Source: a virus
Taxonomy: Duplodnaviria; Caudoviricetes
Length of the DNA stretch: 64,000 nt
IMG/VR virus record: IMGVR_UViG_3300025715_000012
Coordinates: 64,001-128,000 of that record
Strand: one strand, 5' to 3'
Part shown: positions 31,742-41,963 of the stretch, piece by piece
How the letters are laid out: each line of letters starts with the position of its first letter
How positions within the stretch are numbered: position 1 is the first letter of the stretch
Position numbers and translations under genes: made by a program
Notes under the pieces: generated by a model
What the model saw: the letters and a program-made list of their open reading frames with translations, nothing else
Told to the model about the DNA's origin: nothing
Database searches by the model: none

Positions 31742-32212
31742 TTAAAAATCGGTGTCAAAAAATGTATAAGGGGCATCCTTTGTTGGTAATATGGCTCCAT
31801 CTCCCTGATACTCGTCGAAATTGTTTAAGAAATCCTGTAGTTGATCTGTTTTTGGATATTCTTTTTTATTGATCCATGATTTTATATCTTCCAAATCTTC
31901 TGTTAAATTGAATTCAAAAACCGCTGTTCCTGAATACATTCTTTCTTCACCATTTGGTAATATCATTCTATAATGTTTATCTTCATTTGTTCCACTAACA
32001 AATATCATGTCACATGGTGGTTCTATTGGAAATCGTTTATATCCGCCTTGGTATTTAACTTCAACATTTCCTTTAAACATGTTTTTTATACTTTTATAAA
32101 CATCTTTATATTTCTCTGGAATCTTTTCACCAAAGATATTTGGAAAATTAAATTCTTCTTTTACTGAATAATCTTTTTTTGTGTAATCTTCAAATTTCAA
32201 TAACTTTTTCAT
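31742..32212 (-). CDS. CTS-leader hypothetical protein
   Basis: MKKLLKFEDY...VKEE. Confidence 0.7.
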   Translation of the reverse strand: MKKLLKFEDYTKKDYSVKEEFNFPNIFGEKIPEKYKDVYKSIKNMFKGNVEVKYQGGYKRFPIEPPCDMIFVSGTNEDKHYRMILPNGEERMYSGTAVFEFNLTEDLEDIKSWINKKEYPKTDQLQDFLNNFDEYQGDGAILPTKDAPYTFFDTDF

Positions 32213-32283
32213 GTTGTAATTATTTTTTTTATAAAAAACGATTTTATTATATAAATATATATTAAAAAAATAATCATAAAAAA

Positions 32284-32460
32284 ATGAAAAACATACAACT
32301 ATTTGAAGAATTTTGTAAATCTTGTTTATCTGAAGACGACAAAGATTTTGCCGAAGTAATGAAAAAAAAGGCTAAAAGAAGTCGTTACAAAGACTCCGAT
32401 AGAGATAAAGAAAGAGGAGCCTATATGAAAGAGAGAATGAAAGATAGAATGAAGAAATAA
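32284..32460 (+). CDS. Small basic CTS-leader protein (58 aa, absent from the ORF track)
   Basis: MKNIQLFEEFCKSCLSE followed by a K/R-rich body; late-type motif upstream. Confidence 0.65.
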   Translation: MKNIQLFEEFCKSCLSEDDKDFAEVMKKKAKRSRYKDSDRDKERGAYMKERMKDRMKK

Positions 32461-32519
32461 TTATAAAATTTTTAAATCCGTTTAATTTTTTGTAATTTTG
32501 TCCAATAAAATAGAGTTAT

Positions 32520-32747
32520 ATGGACATCGCTGTTTGCAACGCTTGTGGTAAATGTTGTAAGAAACATTGGATATTGAAATTAACCAACCAAAAAGAAATC
32601 GAACTTTTTGGTGATGATGTTGTTTTTGGCAACTACATATGGACTGACAGTTGTAAATATATGGGGGCTAATGGATTATGCTCTATACATGATGAAAGAC
32701 AGCCCTACAAATGTAAAGAATATTTCTGTGAAGGAAATATTATATAA
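32520..32747 (+). CDS. YkgJ-like cysteine cluster protein
   Basis: CNACGKCC...C...CSIH..QP..C..YFC. Confidence 0.8.
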   Translation: MDIAVCNACGKCCKKHWILKLTNQKEIELFGDDVVFGNYIWTDSCKYMGANGLCSIHDERQPYKCKEYFCEGNII

Positions 32748-33006
32748 TTTCATCTGTATTTTCTCGAGTTAATCCTGGAAACATGCCAGATGATTTCATA
32801 TCGTGGAATAATCTCGATATGTGTGATTTTCCGCTTTCGGTTACATCATCCAATTTCGATTCAGAGAAGAACCCTCGCCAAAATTTCAAGCTCTCTTCTA
32901 ACTCCGGATAATCATATGGAATCAAAGGAGTAATTGTTACTTTACCGTGCTCTTCTTTTCGTTCTTCACCCCAAGGGTCGTCTTCATTGAATATATCTGT
33001 GCTCAT
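32740..33006 (-). CDS. Hypothetical protein with N-terminal DDPWGEE tag
   Basis: MSTDIFNEDDPWGEE. Confidence 0.65.
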   Translation of the reverse strand: MSTDIFNEDDPWGEERKEEHGKVTITPLIPYDYPELEESLKFWRGFFSESKLDDVTESGKSHISRLFHDMKSSGMFPGLTRENTDEII

Positions 33007-33296
33007 AATATTTTATAATATTTTATAATTTTTATAATTTTTATAATTTCTTGTGATGTTACGACATTACATTTGAATTGAATTTCATTTATTCTTCTTT
33101 TTGGAATATCATAATGTGTTTTATGAAACCAACATGGTATGAAGATTTTCTATACTATACGGAACACACACCAGATGTCTATCATTGTCACAATAAAAAT
33201 CCATTATCTTAGTCTATTTAAATTAAATCTTATTTTTTCAGCAATGATTTATCCGAATATTCTTACAAGTTCATCTTCATTAAGACCAAACGATCG

Positions 33297-33656
33297 TTAT
33301 TTTTGTTTTGAGTTAATTGATATCAAATGACCAATAAAATTACCCATCTTATCAGAAGATATTACTTCATTGATCTTACTTTCTAATTCATCATCTTTGA
33401 TATAAAATGTTTCATTATTTTTGAAATAAAAGATTGTTAATGATATATTACCAATCATATCTAAAAAACAAATTTCAAATATCTTACAACTAACATTATC
33501 CCCATATTTTATTTTAAAGTCTAGTATGATTTTATTATCCACGATTCGATGTTCAATTAAACCGTTTAAAACACCGCCACTATCTAATGATAAAGATGAT
33601 GAATATCCATTAAGTAATTTAACGATTCTTTCACTATATATGTCTTCTGTTTTCAT
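33297..33656 (-). CDS. Hypothetical protein
   Basis: 119-aa ORF. Confidence 0.55.
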   Translation of the reverse strand: MKTEDIYSERIVKLLNGYSSSLSLDSGGVLNGLIEHRIVDNKIILDFKIKYGDNVSCKIFEICFLDMIGNISLTIFYFKNNETFYIKDDELESKINEVISSDKMGNFIGHLISINSKQK

Positions 33657-33819
33657 ATTTCACCATTGTTAATTCATTATCGATAATATCAATTACTCTT
33701 TCAATTAAATATTTTGTATAACCAAAATCTATTGATGAATGTGTTATGTGCCACTCAGTTTTACCAGCAGGTAATTCTTCGCCCCAAGGATCATCTTCGT
33801 TGAATATATCTACGATCAT
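33634..33819 (-). CDS. Hypothetical protein with N-terminal DDPWGEE tag
   Basis: MIVDIFNEDDPWGEE. Confidence 0.65.
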   Translation of the reverse strand: MIVDIFNEDDPWGEELPAGKTEWHITHSSIDFGYTKYLIERVIDIIDNELTMVKYENRRHI

Positions 33820-33984
33820 ATTCTTTTAATTTAATGGTGGTAAATAATGGTTGGGATGATAACCCAAGCATAACAAAGATGATTTTACCCATATTGGCAT
33901 ACGGACACCCAAACTTGAGAAATGTTTCAAATAATTCTTTCATAATTCTAATTTTTGTTTTTTATAATTGTTTTTAATTTATTT

Positions 33985-34860
33985 TTATAATATTTTATAT
34001 TTTTGAAAGATTCTGAAATTTCCTTTTCCGACTTCTGATATATCAAGTTGATTGCCTTTCTTTTTTGTTTTATAATTATAAAAAGATATTATTTGATTAA
34101 TAGCGTCTTTAACTGATGTTGTTGGTTTCAATTCGTCATTCAATATTATCGTATCAACTTTTTTGAAATCAACATCTGTTTTTAACAGAAATTCCAATAT
34201 AGCTTTTAAATAATATCTTCTTCCTATTTTATCTATCTTTATTGAATATTTAATCAATTTATCGAAAATTTTCTTCAAAAAATCTTGATCATTTTCATCA
34301 AAAACCAGTTTGCCTCTTTTAAAATCATCATAACTAGTTCTCTTATTTTGTTTTATACTTAAAGTGTGCAACATCATTTCGTGTTCAAAACCACTGCCAA
34401 CTGGATCACAATTTTTATATTCTTCATATACATCTTTGTATAATATATAATCCTTTACACCTAAAACAGCTTTTGAATTCATAAAATTTGTAATATCCCA
34501 TTCTTTACTGGCGGTATTCAATAACTCCACCATTTCAAGAGATTTTTCTTTTAAATTTATATCAAAATCTCCCATTAAAATAAAAGATATTGGTAAATCT
34601 AATTTTTTACAGGCTTCATATCTATGTTGACCATCAATAATTTTCAGAAATTTTCCATCGGGATCAGATGGATCAAAACCAACAATAACAGATGATTCAG
34701 GAATTAATTTCTTTTTAATGGATTCAACAATTTTTGATAAATTGGGCTGATCTATGTTCCTGTTTCCTTTAATAAAACCAAAAATATCATAATTTCTAGT
34801 TTTGTAGACATCTGTGAACTTCTCAGCATGCTCGGTTAATAAATCTTCTAGATTTTTCAT
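33985..34860 (-). CDS. ParB/Srx N-terminal domain protein
   Basis: GNRNID, IIDGQHRYEAC, LN..SKEW. Confidence 0.8.
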   Translation of the reverse strand: MKNLEDLLTEHAEKFTDVYKTRNYDIFGFIKGNRNIDQPNLSKIVESIKKKLIPESSVIVGFDPSDPDGKFLKIIDGQHRYEACKKLDLPISFILMGDFDINLKEKSLEMVELLNTASKEWDITNFMNSKAVLGVKDYILYKDVYEEYKNCDPVGSGFEHEMMLHTLSIKQNKRTSYDDFKRGKLVFDENDQDFLKKIFDKLIKYSIKIDKIGRRYYLKAILEFLLKTDVDFKKVDTIILNDELKPTTSVKDAINQIISFYNYKTKKKGNQLDISEVGKGNFRIFQKYKIL

Positions 34861-35003
34861 TTTTCTTACATTTATTTTTTATTATTTTCGGTGATCACTA
34901 TCAAAATAGTCTTTGATCAAATCTCTAAAAATAATGCACAAACATTATAGATTTTGTAATATAAAAAGTTTATTTTAATATATAAACAAAATAATTATTT
35001 TTC

Positions 35004-35273
35004 ATGTACAACAAAATAAAAGATATAAGTAATAAATGGTGGGCGGCTAAAAATCTTGGCGGAGAATGCGAAAGATGTCATGAAGTGAATATTAAACGAA
35101 ACGAAGAAGATATTTTTAAATTGTGTTTTCACCATAAAGACGGCGATGAAAAGCTTAAAAATATATCTAAAATGATGCAGCTCAATAGAGAAAAAATTGA
35201 AAAAGAATTACAAAAATGTGAACTTTTATGCTTTAATTGTCATGCCGAAGAGCACTATCATAAAAAAAAGTAG
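35004..35273 (+). CDS. HNH endonuclease-like protein
   Basis: CERC...FHH...CELLCFNCHAEEH. Confidence 0.75.
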   Translation: MYNKIKDISNKWWAAKNLGGECERCHEVNIKRNEEDIFKLCFHHKDGDEKLKNISKMMQLNREKIEKELQKCELLCFNCHAEEHYHKKK

Positions 35274-35307
35274 CGTTTTGACAGATAAGACTAATGTCAT
35301 TAAATGT

Positions 35308-35964
35308 TCATCGTTTCACCCTATATTTTAACTGAATTCTGTCATATTCTCTCCAAAAACTTTGAGCATATACCCATTTAAATTCAACATCACTAATGGA
35401 CACAACTCTATCCATTAAAATAATATAATCAATGCCACTTATCATTTTTTCCTTAATATATTCGAGCGTTCCGTCGTTCAACAAACTATTAAAAAATTTT
35501 CTAAGATTTTCATTATATAATTTTTTGTTTTTATATTTCCAGACATTATCCCAAGTACATATTTTCATTATAGGTTCGCTAAATAACTCCCAATCGGATG
35601 TCGATGGATATTTTTTTATTTCGTATCTAAATCCTTTATTATCAACAGAATCTCTTTTTTCATATAAAGATCCTAAAAAATCTAATTCAATATCATCTGA
35701 TGAGAAATCTTGATAATATATTGAATCTATTTTAGAACTTCCGTTCTTTTTACTTAACCATTTTATATTCGGTTTTATTCTATTAATCGTTAAAGAACGT
35801 CTTTCGTTAATTTCATTCTTAAAAACATTACCTGAAAATGCTCTAACTTGTGTAAAATCATCATATAACGGCATATTGTTTAATTTTTTAAATTTATAAA
35901 TTTGTTTTTCTTTCTTTATTTTTCCAGAGATAAGATTATTTATACTTTGCAATCCACTCATCAT
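35308..35964 (-). CDS. Hypothetical protein, possibly PD-(D/E)xK nuclease
   Basis: KRDSVD...YEIKKY. Confidence 0.5.
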   Translation of the reverse strand: MMSGLQSINNLISGKIKKEKQIYKFKKLNNMPLYDDFTQVRAFSGNVFKNEINERRSLTINRIKPNIKWLSKKNGSSKIDSIYYQDFSSDDIELDFLGSLYEKRDSVDNKGFRYEIKKYPSTSDWELFSEPIMKICTWDNVWKYKNKKLYNENLRKFFNSLLNDGTLEYIKEKMISGIDYIILMDRVVSISDVEFKWVYAQSFWREYDRIQLKYRVKR

Positions 35965-36196
35965 AGGTTAACGAGTTATGTTTTAAATATTCCTTTGCAG
36001 TTTTTCTATTATCCCAACTATTTTCTGATGCCGGAAACATTTCTCTCGCATAAACTTCTGGCCTCATTGGTGTCCATTCAACACTTTTGCCCAAATTCTT
36101 TTTAAATATCAAGCAAATATAAAGCTAATTTTCTATATAAAAAACCCTGGAATAAAATATATTTTATATAACGAATTTACTTTTTTTCTCTATTTT

Positions 36197-36575
36197 TTAA
36201 TGAAAATAATGTTTATTCAGATTCAGATTATAACTAAATATATCAAAATTTTTATTTGGTAAAAATCTCCAATTTGATAGATCGCAAAGATATTTATCAC
36301 CGTTTTCATCAATTATTAGAGTGTCTTTATATCTTTTTGTTTTTTCCAAACAATAAAAATCATATCTAGTTCCAGCATTGAAAGTTTTAATACCATCTGA
36401 TGTATTATGTATTTCCAAATAATGAATTTGATTCGATATAATTATTTCATACAAACCATTATTTTTACTTTTTTCACTTTCTGGTTTTCTCCAAGCTGCT
36501 GGATGAACATAAACTAGATAACCATTTTCATATAATAAAGATAATGATTTTAATACAAATTTATCCCATTTGTCT
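36197..36575 (-). pseudogene. Fragment of an Eco57I-like adenine methyltransferase
   Basis: WDKFVLKSLSLLYENGYLVYVHPAAWRKP...FNAGTRYDFY; the SAM-binding and NPPY parts are missing. Confidence 0.65.
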
Positions 36576-36735
36576 CGTGATCTATAAAAAACATGAATTT
36601 CATTTTTCCTTCTTTTTTATTGATTATCTTTTTTCTCTATTCTCATTTTTTTAGATAAAATTTTTATCTGCCTGTGAAGTTTACCACTTTTTATTTGCCT
36701 ATAACCTTTATTGTTATGATGTCTTCGAAATTTCA

Positions 36736-36930
36736 TTATTTCAAATGGTCTAAATAAGCCTCGCATCCATCACAAATATAGTTATAATGGTTTCTGCATT
36801 TTTCATATACTTTATCGAACATTGGCTGTGGAGTTTCATAAACGCCACAATCAGGACAAGGCTTTAACGTCACACGATGTTTTCTTTTGCAAGCGCCACA
36901 ATATTCTAACCAAACTTTCTTTTCTTTCAT
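36736..36930 (-). CDS. Small Cys-rich zinc-binding protein
   Basis: CGAC, CPDC, CDGC. Confidence 0.6.
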   Translation of the reverse strand: MKEKKVWLEYCGACKRKHRVTLKPCPDCGVYETPQPMFDKVYEKCRNHYNYICDGCEAYLDHLK

Positions 36931-36940
36931 TGTTTTTAAT

Positions 36941-37357
36941 TTATTTGGTCCAAGACCAATTCAAAGTACTTTTTGTTTCGAACATCGTTTTATAGTCTGT
37001 TGCTGTATCAATAGGTCGACTAATTTTGAGATTGGTGAAATCTTTCAGATTAAAATTATCAATTATTCTTTTGATTTCTTCTTCGGCTTTAGATATTCCG
37101 CTTTCTAAGACATACCAATAATTTGATCTCATAAAACCATCTTCTGGCTCAGTCATGCAAGTCTCTCTACCTCCCCAAGTTCCTATTTCGTTTTTAAACA
37201 ATTGATAAGTGATGGTTGTCAATGACGCATCATATCTTTCCCATTCGTCAGCGCTTGCATCCTTATGAATCTCTAAATCAATACTTACAATTTTTTCAAT
37301 GATCTTTTTTTCTTCTCCCCAAGGGTCATTTTCATCCATTTCTTTCATATCAACCAT
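36941..37357 (-). CDS. Hypothetical protein with N-terminal NDPWGEE tag
   Basis: MDENDPWGEE. Confidence 0.7.
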   Translation of the reverse strand: MVDMKEMDENDPWGEEKKIIEKIVSIDLEIHKDASADEWERYDASLTTITYQLFKNEIGTWGGRETCMTEPEDGFMRSNYWYVLESGISKAEEEIKRIIDNFNLKDFTNLKISRPIDTATDYKTMFETKSTLNWSWTK

Positions 37358-37803
37358 TATTGTTTGAATTTTTTAATATACAAAACCAAAATCCATATAT
37401 CATCTTCGCTAAGATCGCTCTGTTTATACATTCTACCTTTACCATTCAATATCACGTAATAAACCTCGTTGTCACTTTTATTTTCTTTGGACAAGTCATA
37501 CGGGCATAAAGTTGTGTCCAATCGGGCTTTCAAACCTTCGCCTGTACCATCTACGCCGTGACAAAATTTACAATGTTTCATATATAAATGGCTGGATTTC
37601 AACTCTTTAAAATTAACAATCTTTATTGAATCGACCAAATATTTTTCATTGTCAATTACTATTGGGGTGGAGCACATCGTAGTATCCGCTACATTGGATT
37701 TACAAACACTTTCATTCCTTTTTTGGAAATTGATGAAGATAAAAGCTAAAACTCCCATCAATAGTATGCTCAAACACAGTAAAATAAGTCCTTTTTTTGT
37801 CAT
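37357..37803 (-). CDS. Membrane-anchored monoheme c-type cytochrome
   Basis: N-terminal TM helix, CKFCHG, distal GRM, LSEDDIWILVLYIK. Confidence 0.85.
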   Translation of the reverse strand: MTKKGLILLCLSILLMGVLAFIFINFQKRNESVCKSNVADTTMCSTPIVIDNEKYLVDSIKIVNFKELKSSHLYMKHCKFCHGVDGTGEGLKARLDTTLCPYDLSKENKSDNEVYYVILNGKGRMYKQSDLSEDDIWILVLYIKKFKQ

Positions 37804-38087
37804 AAACTTTTTATTTTTTTAATATCTTTTTTTCTTGTTGGATATACAGTTAATATAACATTTCTTTTCTTGGAAAAAACACACCAAAGTTGGATATTCT
37901 TATACAACACGATCATTTTATATGTTTTATGTCTGCTTGTTTGCTTAAAAAGAACATTTTCTTCTTCTTCTTTTTGACAAATATTACATAATTTAACATA
38001 ATCCTCATTTTTTAAAGGAGATCTACCTGGAAATTTTTCTTCAAATCTTTTTAAAGTATGTTCTTGATGCGTATTAATCTTTTCCAT
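37800..38087 (-). CDS. Hypothetical protein, possibly RelE-like fold
   Basis: HTLKRFEEK...VILTVYP. Confidence 0.55.
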   Translation of the reverse strand: MEKINTHQEHTLKRFEEKFPGRSPLKNEDYVKLCNICQKEEEENVLFKQTSRHKTYKMIVLYKNIQLWCVFSKKRNVILTVYPTRKKDIKKIKSL

Positions 38088-38557
38088 TATTTGTCAAAAG
38101 TATATGGATTGTAAAGATAAGTTGATTTTTTTTCATATTCGTCATAACTCCTTGTCCATTTCCCCCAAACACTATCCATCTTTTTTTTCAATTCTTTTTC
38201 TTTTATTAATTGTTCCATTTTCTTTTCATATTCCTTTTTCTTTTCACTCAAATCCCAAGATTTTTCACAAATTTTTGTATAAATTTCCTTGGAGTCTTCA
38301 CCCCATTCATCTCCCTCATTTAAAATGGTTTCTATTTTATAAACTTCAACTTTCACTTTATCGTGATGACAAAATTTATCTGGCACAATAAAATATCTTA
38401 TTTCTTCGTTTATAAAAATAAAGTCATTGTCATACACCACATCATTATCATGTATAACAACAACTCTACCTTTTATATCATATCCTGAAAGATTGAGAAC
38501 ATCAATCCTATTTGTGTCATTCTCTATGAATAACATAAATTTTTCACTATTTGGCAT
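38087..38557 (-). CDS. Hypothetical protein with degenerate tag
   Basis: EGDEWGEDS. Confidence 0.65.
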   Translation of the reverse strand: MPNSEKFMLFIENDTNRIDVLNLSGYDIKGRVVVIHDNDVVYDNDFIFINEEIRYFIVPDKFCHHDKVKVEVYKIETILNEGDEWGEDSKEIYTKICEKSWDLSEKKKEYEKKMEQLIKEKELKKKMDSVWGKWTRSYDEYEKKSTYLYNPYTFDK

Positions 38558-38627
38558 GGCTTTTCTATTTTAAACGACAAATATAGAAATAAATTTTGAA
38601 ATAAAAAAATATATTTTCAACCAAATT

Positions 38628-38858
38628 CTAATTTTCCCAATATTTGATCACTTCTTCAACATCATTCAATCTATCAGTGCTAAAATCATGTTCTTCCTCA
38701 ACATGTTTATATCCTATTAAACGTATGGTTATATTATCTTTATCACCTTGCACATCAATGTGTACTGGATAGAATTTATCCATATAAAAATGATCTATTC
38801 TTTTGGTTTTATCCAAAGAAAATCCAAGTTGTTTAAAAAAATTAATAACACGCTCCAT
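38628..38858 (-). CDS. Hypothetical protein
   Basis: TAATTTTG promoter upstream. Confidence 0.55.
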   Translation of the reverse strand: MERVINFFKQLGFSLDKTKRIDHFYMDKFYPVHIDVQGDKDNITIRLIGYKHVEEEHDFSTDRLNDVEEVIKYWEN

Positions 38859-38939
38859 TAATAATTATCTTTTCTTATATTATTATAACAAAATTAATAT
38901 ATTTTTTCAAATAAAAAAATATTAATATATAATAATCAC

Positions 38940-39194
38940 ATGAAACATATAAAATTATACGAGCAATTAAATAACAATGTAGATGATGAAGATCCTTGGG
39001 GAGAGGATATTGATAGAAATGATAGAATAAAATATTTAAAAGACCGCATTAGTTTGTTGAAAGACGAATTAAAAATTCTCGAAAATGAATTACAAAATAT
39101 ATCACCTAAACCTACTCATATCATTCCTCCTCGTAGACAATATTATGATGATTTTAATTGGTTAGATCATTTCGATATCGATCAACGTTGGTGA
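38940..39194 (+). CDS. CTS-leader plus DPWGED protein with coiled coil
   Basis: MKHIKLYEQLNNNVDDEDPWGED. Confidence 0.7.
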   Translation: MKHIKLYEQLNNNVDDEDPWGEDIDRNDRIKYLKDRISLLKDELKILENELQNISPKPTHIIPPRRQYYDDFNWLDHFDIDQRW

Positions 39195-39481
39195 TTTTAT
39201 AGAAGTAACAATTAGTGGTTGGAATCAAGATTTTAAAGATATGGATTGGGTTAAAATAGCATAGAATTTGATATCCATAATATTCTTGTTGTTCATCAGG
39301 TATTTCAATGAAATTTATAGAATCATTTATGAAATTATATTCGCTTAATTGGTTGGAGTGTAGAAATAATAATTTTTCGGATGATTATAATAAACACATA
39401 GAAGATCATTGTAATGAAAACAATATACAGTTAAAAATGTAATATTTCCTTTTTGTATAATAGTTTTTCATCTTCAATTAA

Positions 39482-39514
39482 ACCCCTGGATTCAAATCAG
39501 CGACCTAATGATTA
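39482..39514 (-). pseudogene. Degenerate tRNA 3' half
   Basis: TAATCATT-AGGTC-GCTGATTTGAATCCAG-GGGT resembles anticodon 3' strand, variable loop and a mutated T arm. Confidence 0.45.
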
Positions 39515-39516
39515 TA

Positions 39517-40395
39517 TTAATATCTTTTTACGAAATCATTATAGTTCACATCATCATAAGAGTATATTTCATTAAAATTTTTCATCTCTAATAATTCATC
39601 GACACTATTGAAGTTTTTTATAATATGATGATCATTAATCATTTTTAAAATTATTTTATGTTCTTCTATCACATTCAACATTTTATATATGTCTTTGGAA
39701 TATAAATAACCTTTAATTTCAATAAAAATATTATATTTTGGTAAATAAAAATCTGGTGTATAATAATGACAATTTTTAAATTTTATCACATGCCTAAGAA
39801 ATAAAATATTTAATTCATTACATCTATTAGCAAAATCGAATTCCCATTGACCTTGAATCTTAATATTTTGATCGTTGATGTTTTTTATTTCAAACCATTT
39901 AACATTTTTATTTAATGATAGATGCTCTAATCTTTTCTTAGAAATCTTTTCCTTAGCAGAATCGCTTACTTTATAGTTTATGCATTTTTTAGAACAAAAT
40001 CTATTAGCTTTTCCTCCCCTATATAAAAATTCTTTGCCACACGTTTCACATATTTTCTTTTTTCTTTGTTTCCCCTCTCTCAAATAATAATTATTTACGC
40101 TGTTCTTTATTTTATTTTTAACATTTTCTGTTATTTTTTTTCCCTTACCATTATATTCGGCTGAACATTTACTACAACAAAATTTTCTTTCTGATTTGAT
40201 CAAATCAGAAAAAACAACACTACAATTTTTACAGGTATAATCTTTATAATATTCGACACCAACGCCCAATTTCGATGCTCTATTTTTTAGATAACCAATG
40301 CTATATCCTAATTCCACTGATATTTCTTTATATCTCTTACCGATTTTGAGTAATTTTTTTAAATCATCGTCTAAATCTTTATTGCGTCTTTTCAT
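39517..40395 (-). CDS. Free-standing homing-endonuclease-like protein (HTH, zinc fingers, PD-(D/E)xK)
   Basis: CKNC..FCCSKC, CETC..FCSKKC, YTPDFYL..IEIKG. Confidence 0.75.
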   Translation of the reverse strand: MKRRNKDLDDDLKKLLKIGKRYKEISVELGYSIGYLKNRASKLGVGVEYYKDYTCKNCSVVFSDLIKSERKFCCSKCSAEYNGKGKKITENVKNKIKNSVNNYYLREGKQRKKKICETCGKEFLYRGGKANRFCSKKCINYKVSDSAKEKISKKRLEHLSLNKNVKWFEIKNINDQNIKIQGQWEFDFANRCNELNILFLRHVIKFKNCHYYTPDFYLPKYNIFIEIKGYLYSKDIYKMLNVIEEHKIILKMINDHHIIKNFNSVDELLEMKNFNEIYSYDDVNYNDFVKRY

Positions 40396-40489
40396 ATCTA
40401 TAATTTTTTATTTATATATAAAAGGTCATAGGTTCAAAAAATCAAAAAGTAATTTTTCTTTATTAAAAAAATTTATATGAGTTTTTAAG

Positions 40490-40561
40490 TGACTCCTGCC
40501 TGACTCGAACAGGCATTTTAAATTTAGAAGATTTAAGTTCTATCCCTTGAACTAAGGAGTC
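40490..40561 (-). tRNA. tRNA-Arg(UCU)
   Basis: GACTCCT/AGGAGTC acceptor, GTTC/GAAC D stem, TTAAAT-CT-TCT-AA-ATTTAA anticodon arm, TTCGAGT T loop; no encoded CCA. Confidence 0.9.
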
Positions 40562-40612
40562 AAATGTATTTATCTACGACAAAATTACAACAAAGTTTTA
40601 AATAAAAAAAAA

Positions 40613-40855
40613 TTACATTCTCCATATATTCAAAGAACGATCAAATTCTTTTATTTTATCCCGATCTCCCTCAACGTCTATAGAATATTCTACGTTTATA
40701 ATTCCCCCAAGATTCTTCATTTTAATATCTAATTCAAATTCTTTAGCCTTATTTCTGACATAAGGTTCAAAATCACTAGAACCAAATCTTCCGATATTAA
40801 TATTAATGGTGGAATGAGATTCATTCATTTCGTTAAATTGATAAAAATTTTTCAT
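40613..40855 (-). CDS. Small CTS-leader protein
   Basis: MKNFYQFNEMNES. Confidence 0.7.
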   Translation of the reverse strand: MKNFYQFNEMNESHSTININIGRFGSSDFEPYVRNKAKEFELDIKMKNLGGIINVEYSIDVEGDRDKIKEFDRSLNIWRM

Positions 40856-40861
40856 AAAACT

Positions 40862-41206
40862 TCATATATTATTTTTTTTTTTATTTTTCACGTCTTCAAA
40901 AAAACTCCTCAAATCTGAAATATATTTAGTGGTCTTATTAAGAAAATTTTCCAAATATTCCTCATCCACTCTAACATTATCTGATAATATACCATCATAA
41001 TCTCTTCTAATTAATTCTATTTCATAAATATAACTTCCTATGGCGGTTAGTAGGAATTTTTTATCACTGATAGAATTTAGAAAATCCATATCCAGTTCAC
41101 GAAATTTCCTTGACAAATCTAACTTTATATCATCAAATTTTTTGTTGCCGTTAACACTCAAGTCTTTTGACTCATTAAATTTTTTTACACGTTTTAATTT
41201 TTTCAT
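40862..41206 (-). CDS. CTS-leader protein
   Basis: VKKFNES; late motif at 41229-41237. Confidence 0.7.
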   Translation of the reverse strand: MKKLKRVKKFNESKDLSVNGNKKFDDIKLDLSRKFRELDMDFLNSISDKKFLLTAIGSYIYEIELIRRDYDGILSDNVRVDEEYLENFLNKTTKYISDLRSFFEDVKNKKKNNI

Positions 41207-41258
41207 ATTAGTAAATTTATTTTTTATGTATATATTAAAAAAAAAATGTAAATATATC

Positions 41259-41287
41259 TGTAACCTTTTTAAAAAATTACGTCAAAT
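41259..41287 (+). promoter_or_regulatory. Putative ECF sigma promoter
   Basis: TGTAACC-N14-CGTCAAAT, same as 43936. Confidence 0.7.
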
Positions 41288-41311
41288 ATGTAAAAATAAG
41301 AAAAAAATATT

Positions 41312-41701
41312 ATGAATAAAAAAAATTACAAAATTTTATTTCTGTCAACAGTAATAACAATTTTATTTTCAAGCATGTCACTACACAATGTCGCTGGAAA
41401 CGCTAATGATCCAGCCTTTTCCACCAAAATTTCAACAAAGATGGTTATGAACGACGAAATATACGTGAATGATATTCCATTTAATACTGAGAATATCGCT
41501 AAAAGATATTCTATGATAAATTTGATTCCAGTGTTAGAAGAAGAGAAATATGCAAATGATATACCGTTTGACACTAAGAAAATATCATCTGATTTTATAA
41601 TAGCGGAAAAATATAAAAAATATAAATTTGATGTGAATGATTTTATTAACAAAAACAACAACAATGTTGTTATTGCTAATGAATTACCAGAAAAAGAATA
41701 A
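41312..41701 (+). CDS. Exported protein with NDIPF repeats
   Basis: Signal peptide; paralog of 43986. Confidence 0.7.
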   Translation: MNKKNYKILFLSTVITILFSSMSLHNVAGNANDPAFSTKISTKMVMNDEIYVNDIPFNTENIAKRYSMINLIPVLEEEKYANDIPFDTKKISSDFIIAEKYKKYKFDVNDFINKNNNNVVIANELPEKE

Positions 41702-41708
41702 AAGAGAT

Positions 41709-41963
41709 ATGAAAAGAATCTATAGAAGAAGAGAAAGAAAAGATGAAAAATCTTTTTTATTAAATGATGATGAATTTGATACATTTAAAAGAATTTTGCA
41801 AAAATCTTCTCAATCGTTCGAGCATTCTCCTTCTATGTCATTTACACCAAACATAATGAGAATGATAGATAAAGCCAACATAAAGATAGGTTGGGTTGGA
41901 TGGACAAAAAGAAGTGCCTCGCTCTGTTCAACTGAGCTACAGGGCCCTGTGTTTTTTTTTTAA
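41709..41963 (+). pseudogene. Truncated copy of the 44275 membrane protein
   Basis: SPSMSFTPNIMRMI...IGWVGW, then runs into antisense tRNA sequence. Confidence 0.7.
41910..41946 (-). pseudogene. 5' half of a second tRNA, probably Arg(UCU)
   Basis: GGCCCTG-TA-GCTC-AGTTGAACA-GAGC-G-AGGCA-CT-TCT, then unrelated sequence. Confidence 0.8.

Noticed and set aside
33010-33050. Short TTTTATAAT tandem repeat
   Set aside because: Low complexity in an AT-rich spacer, with no supporting context.
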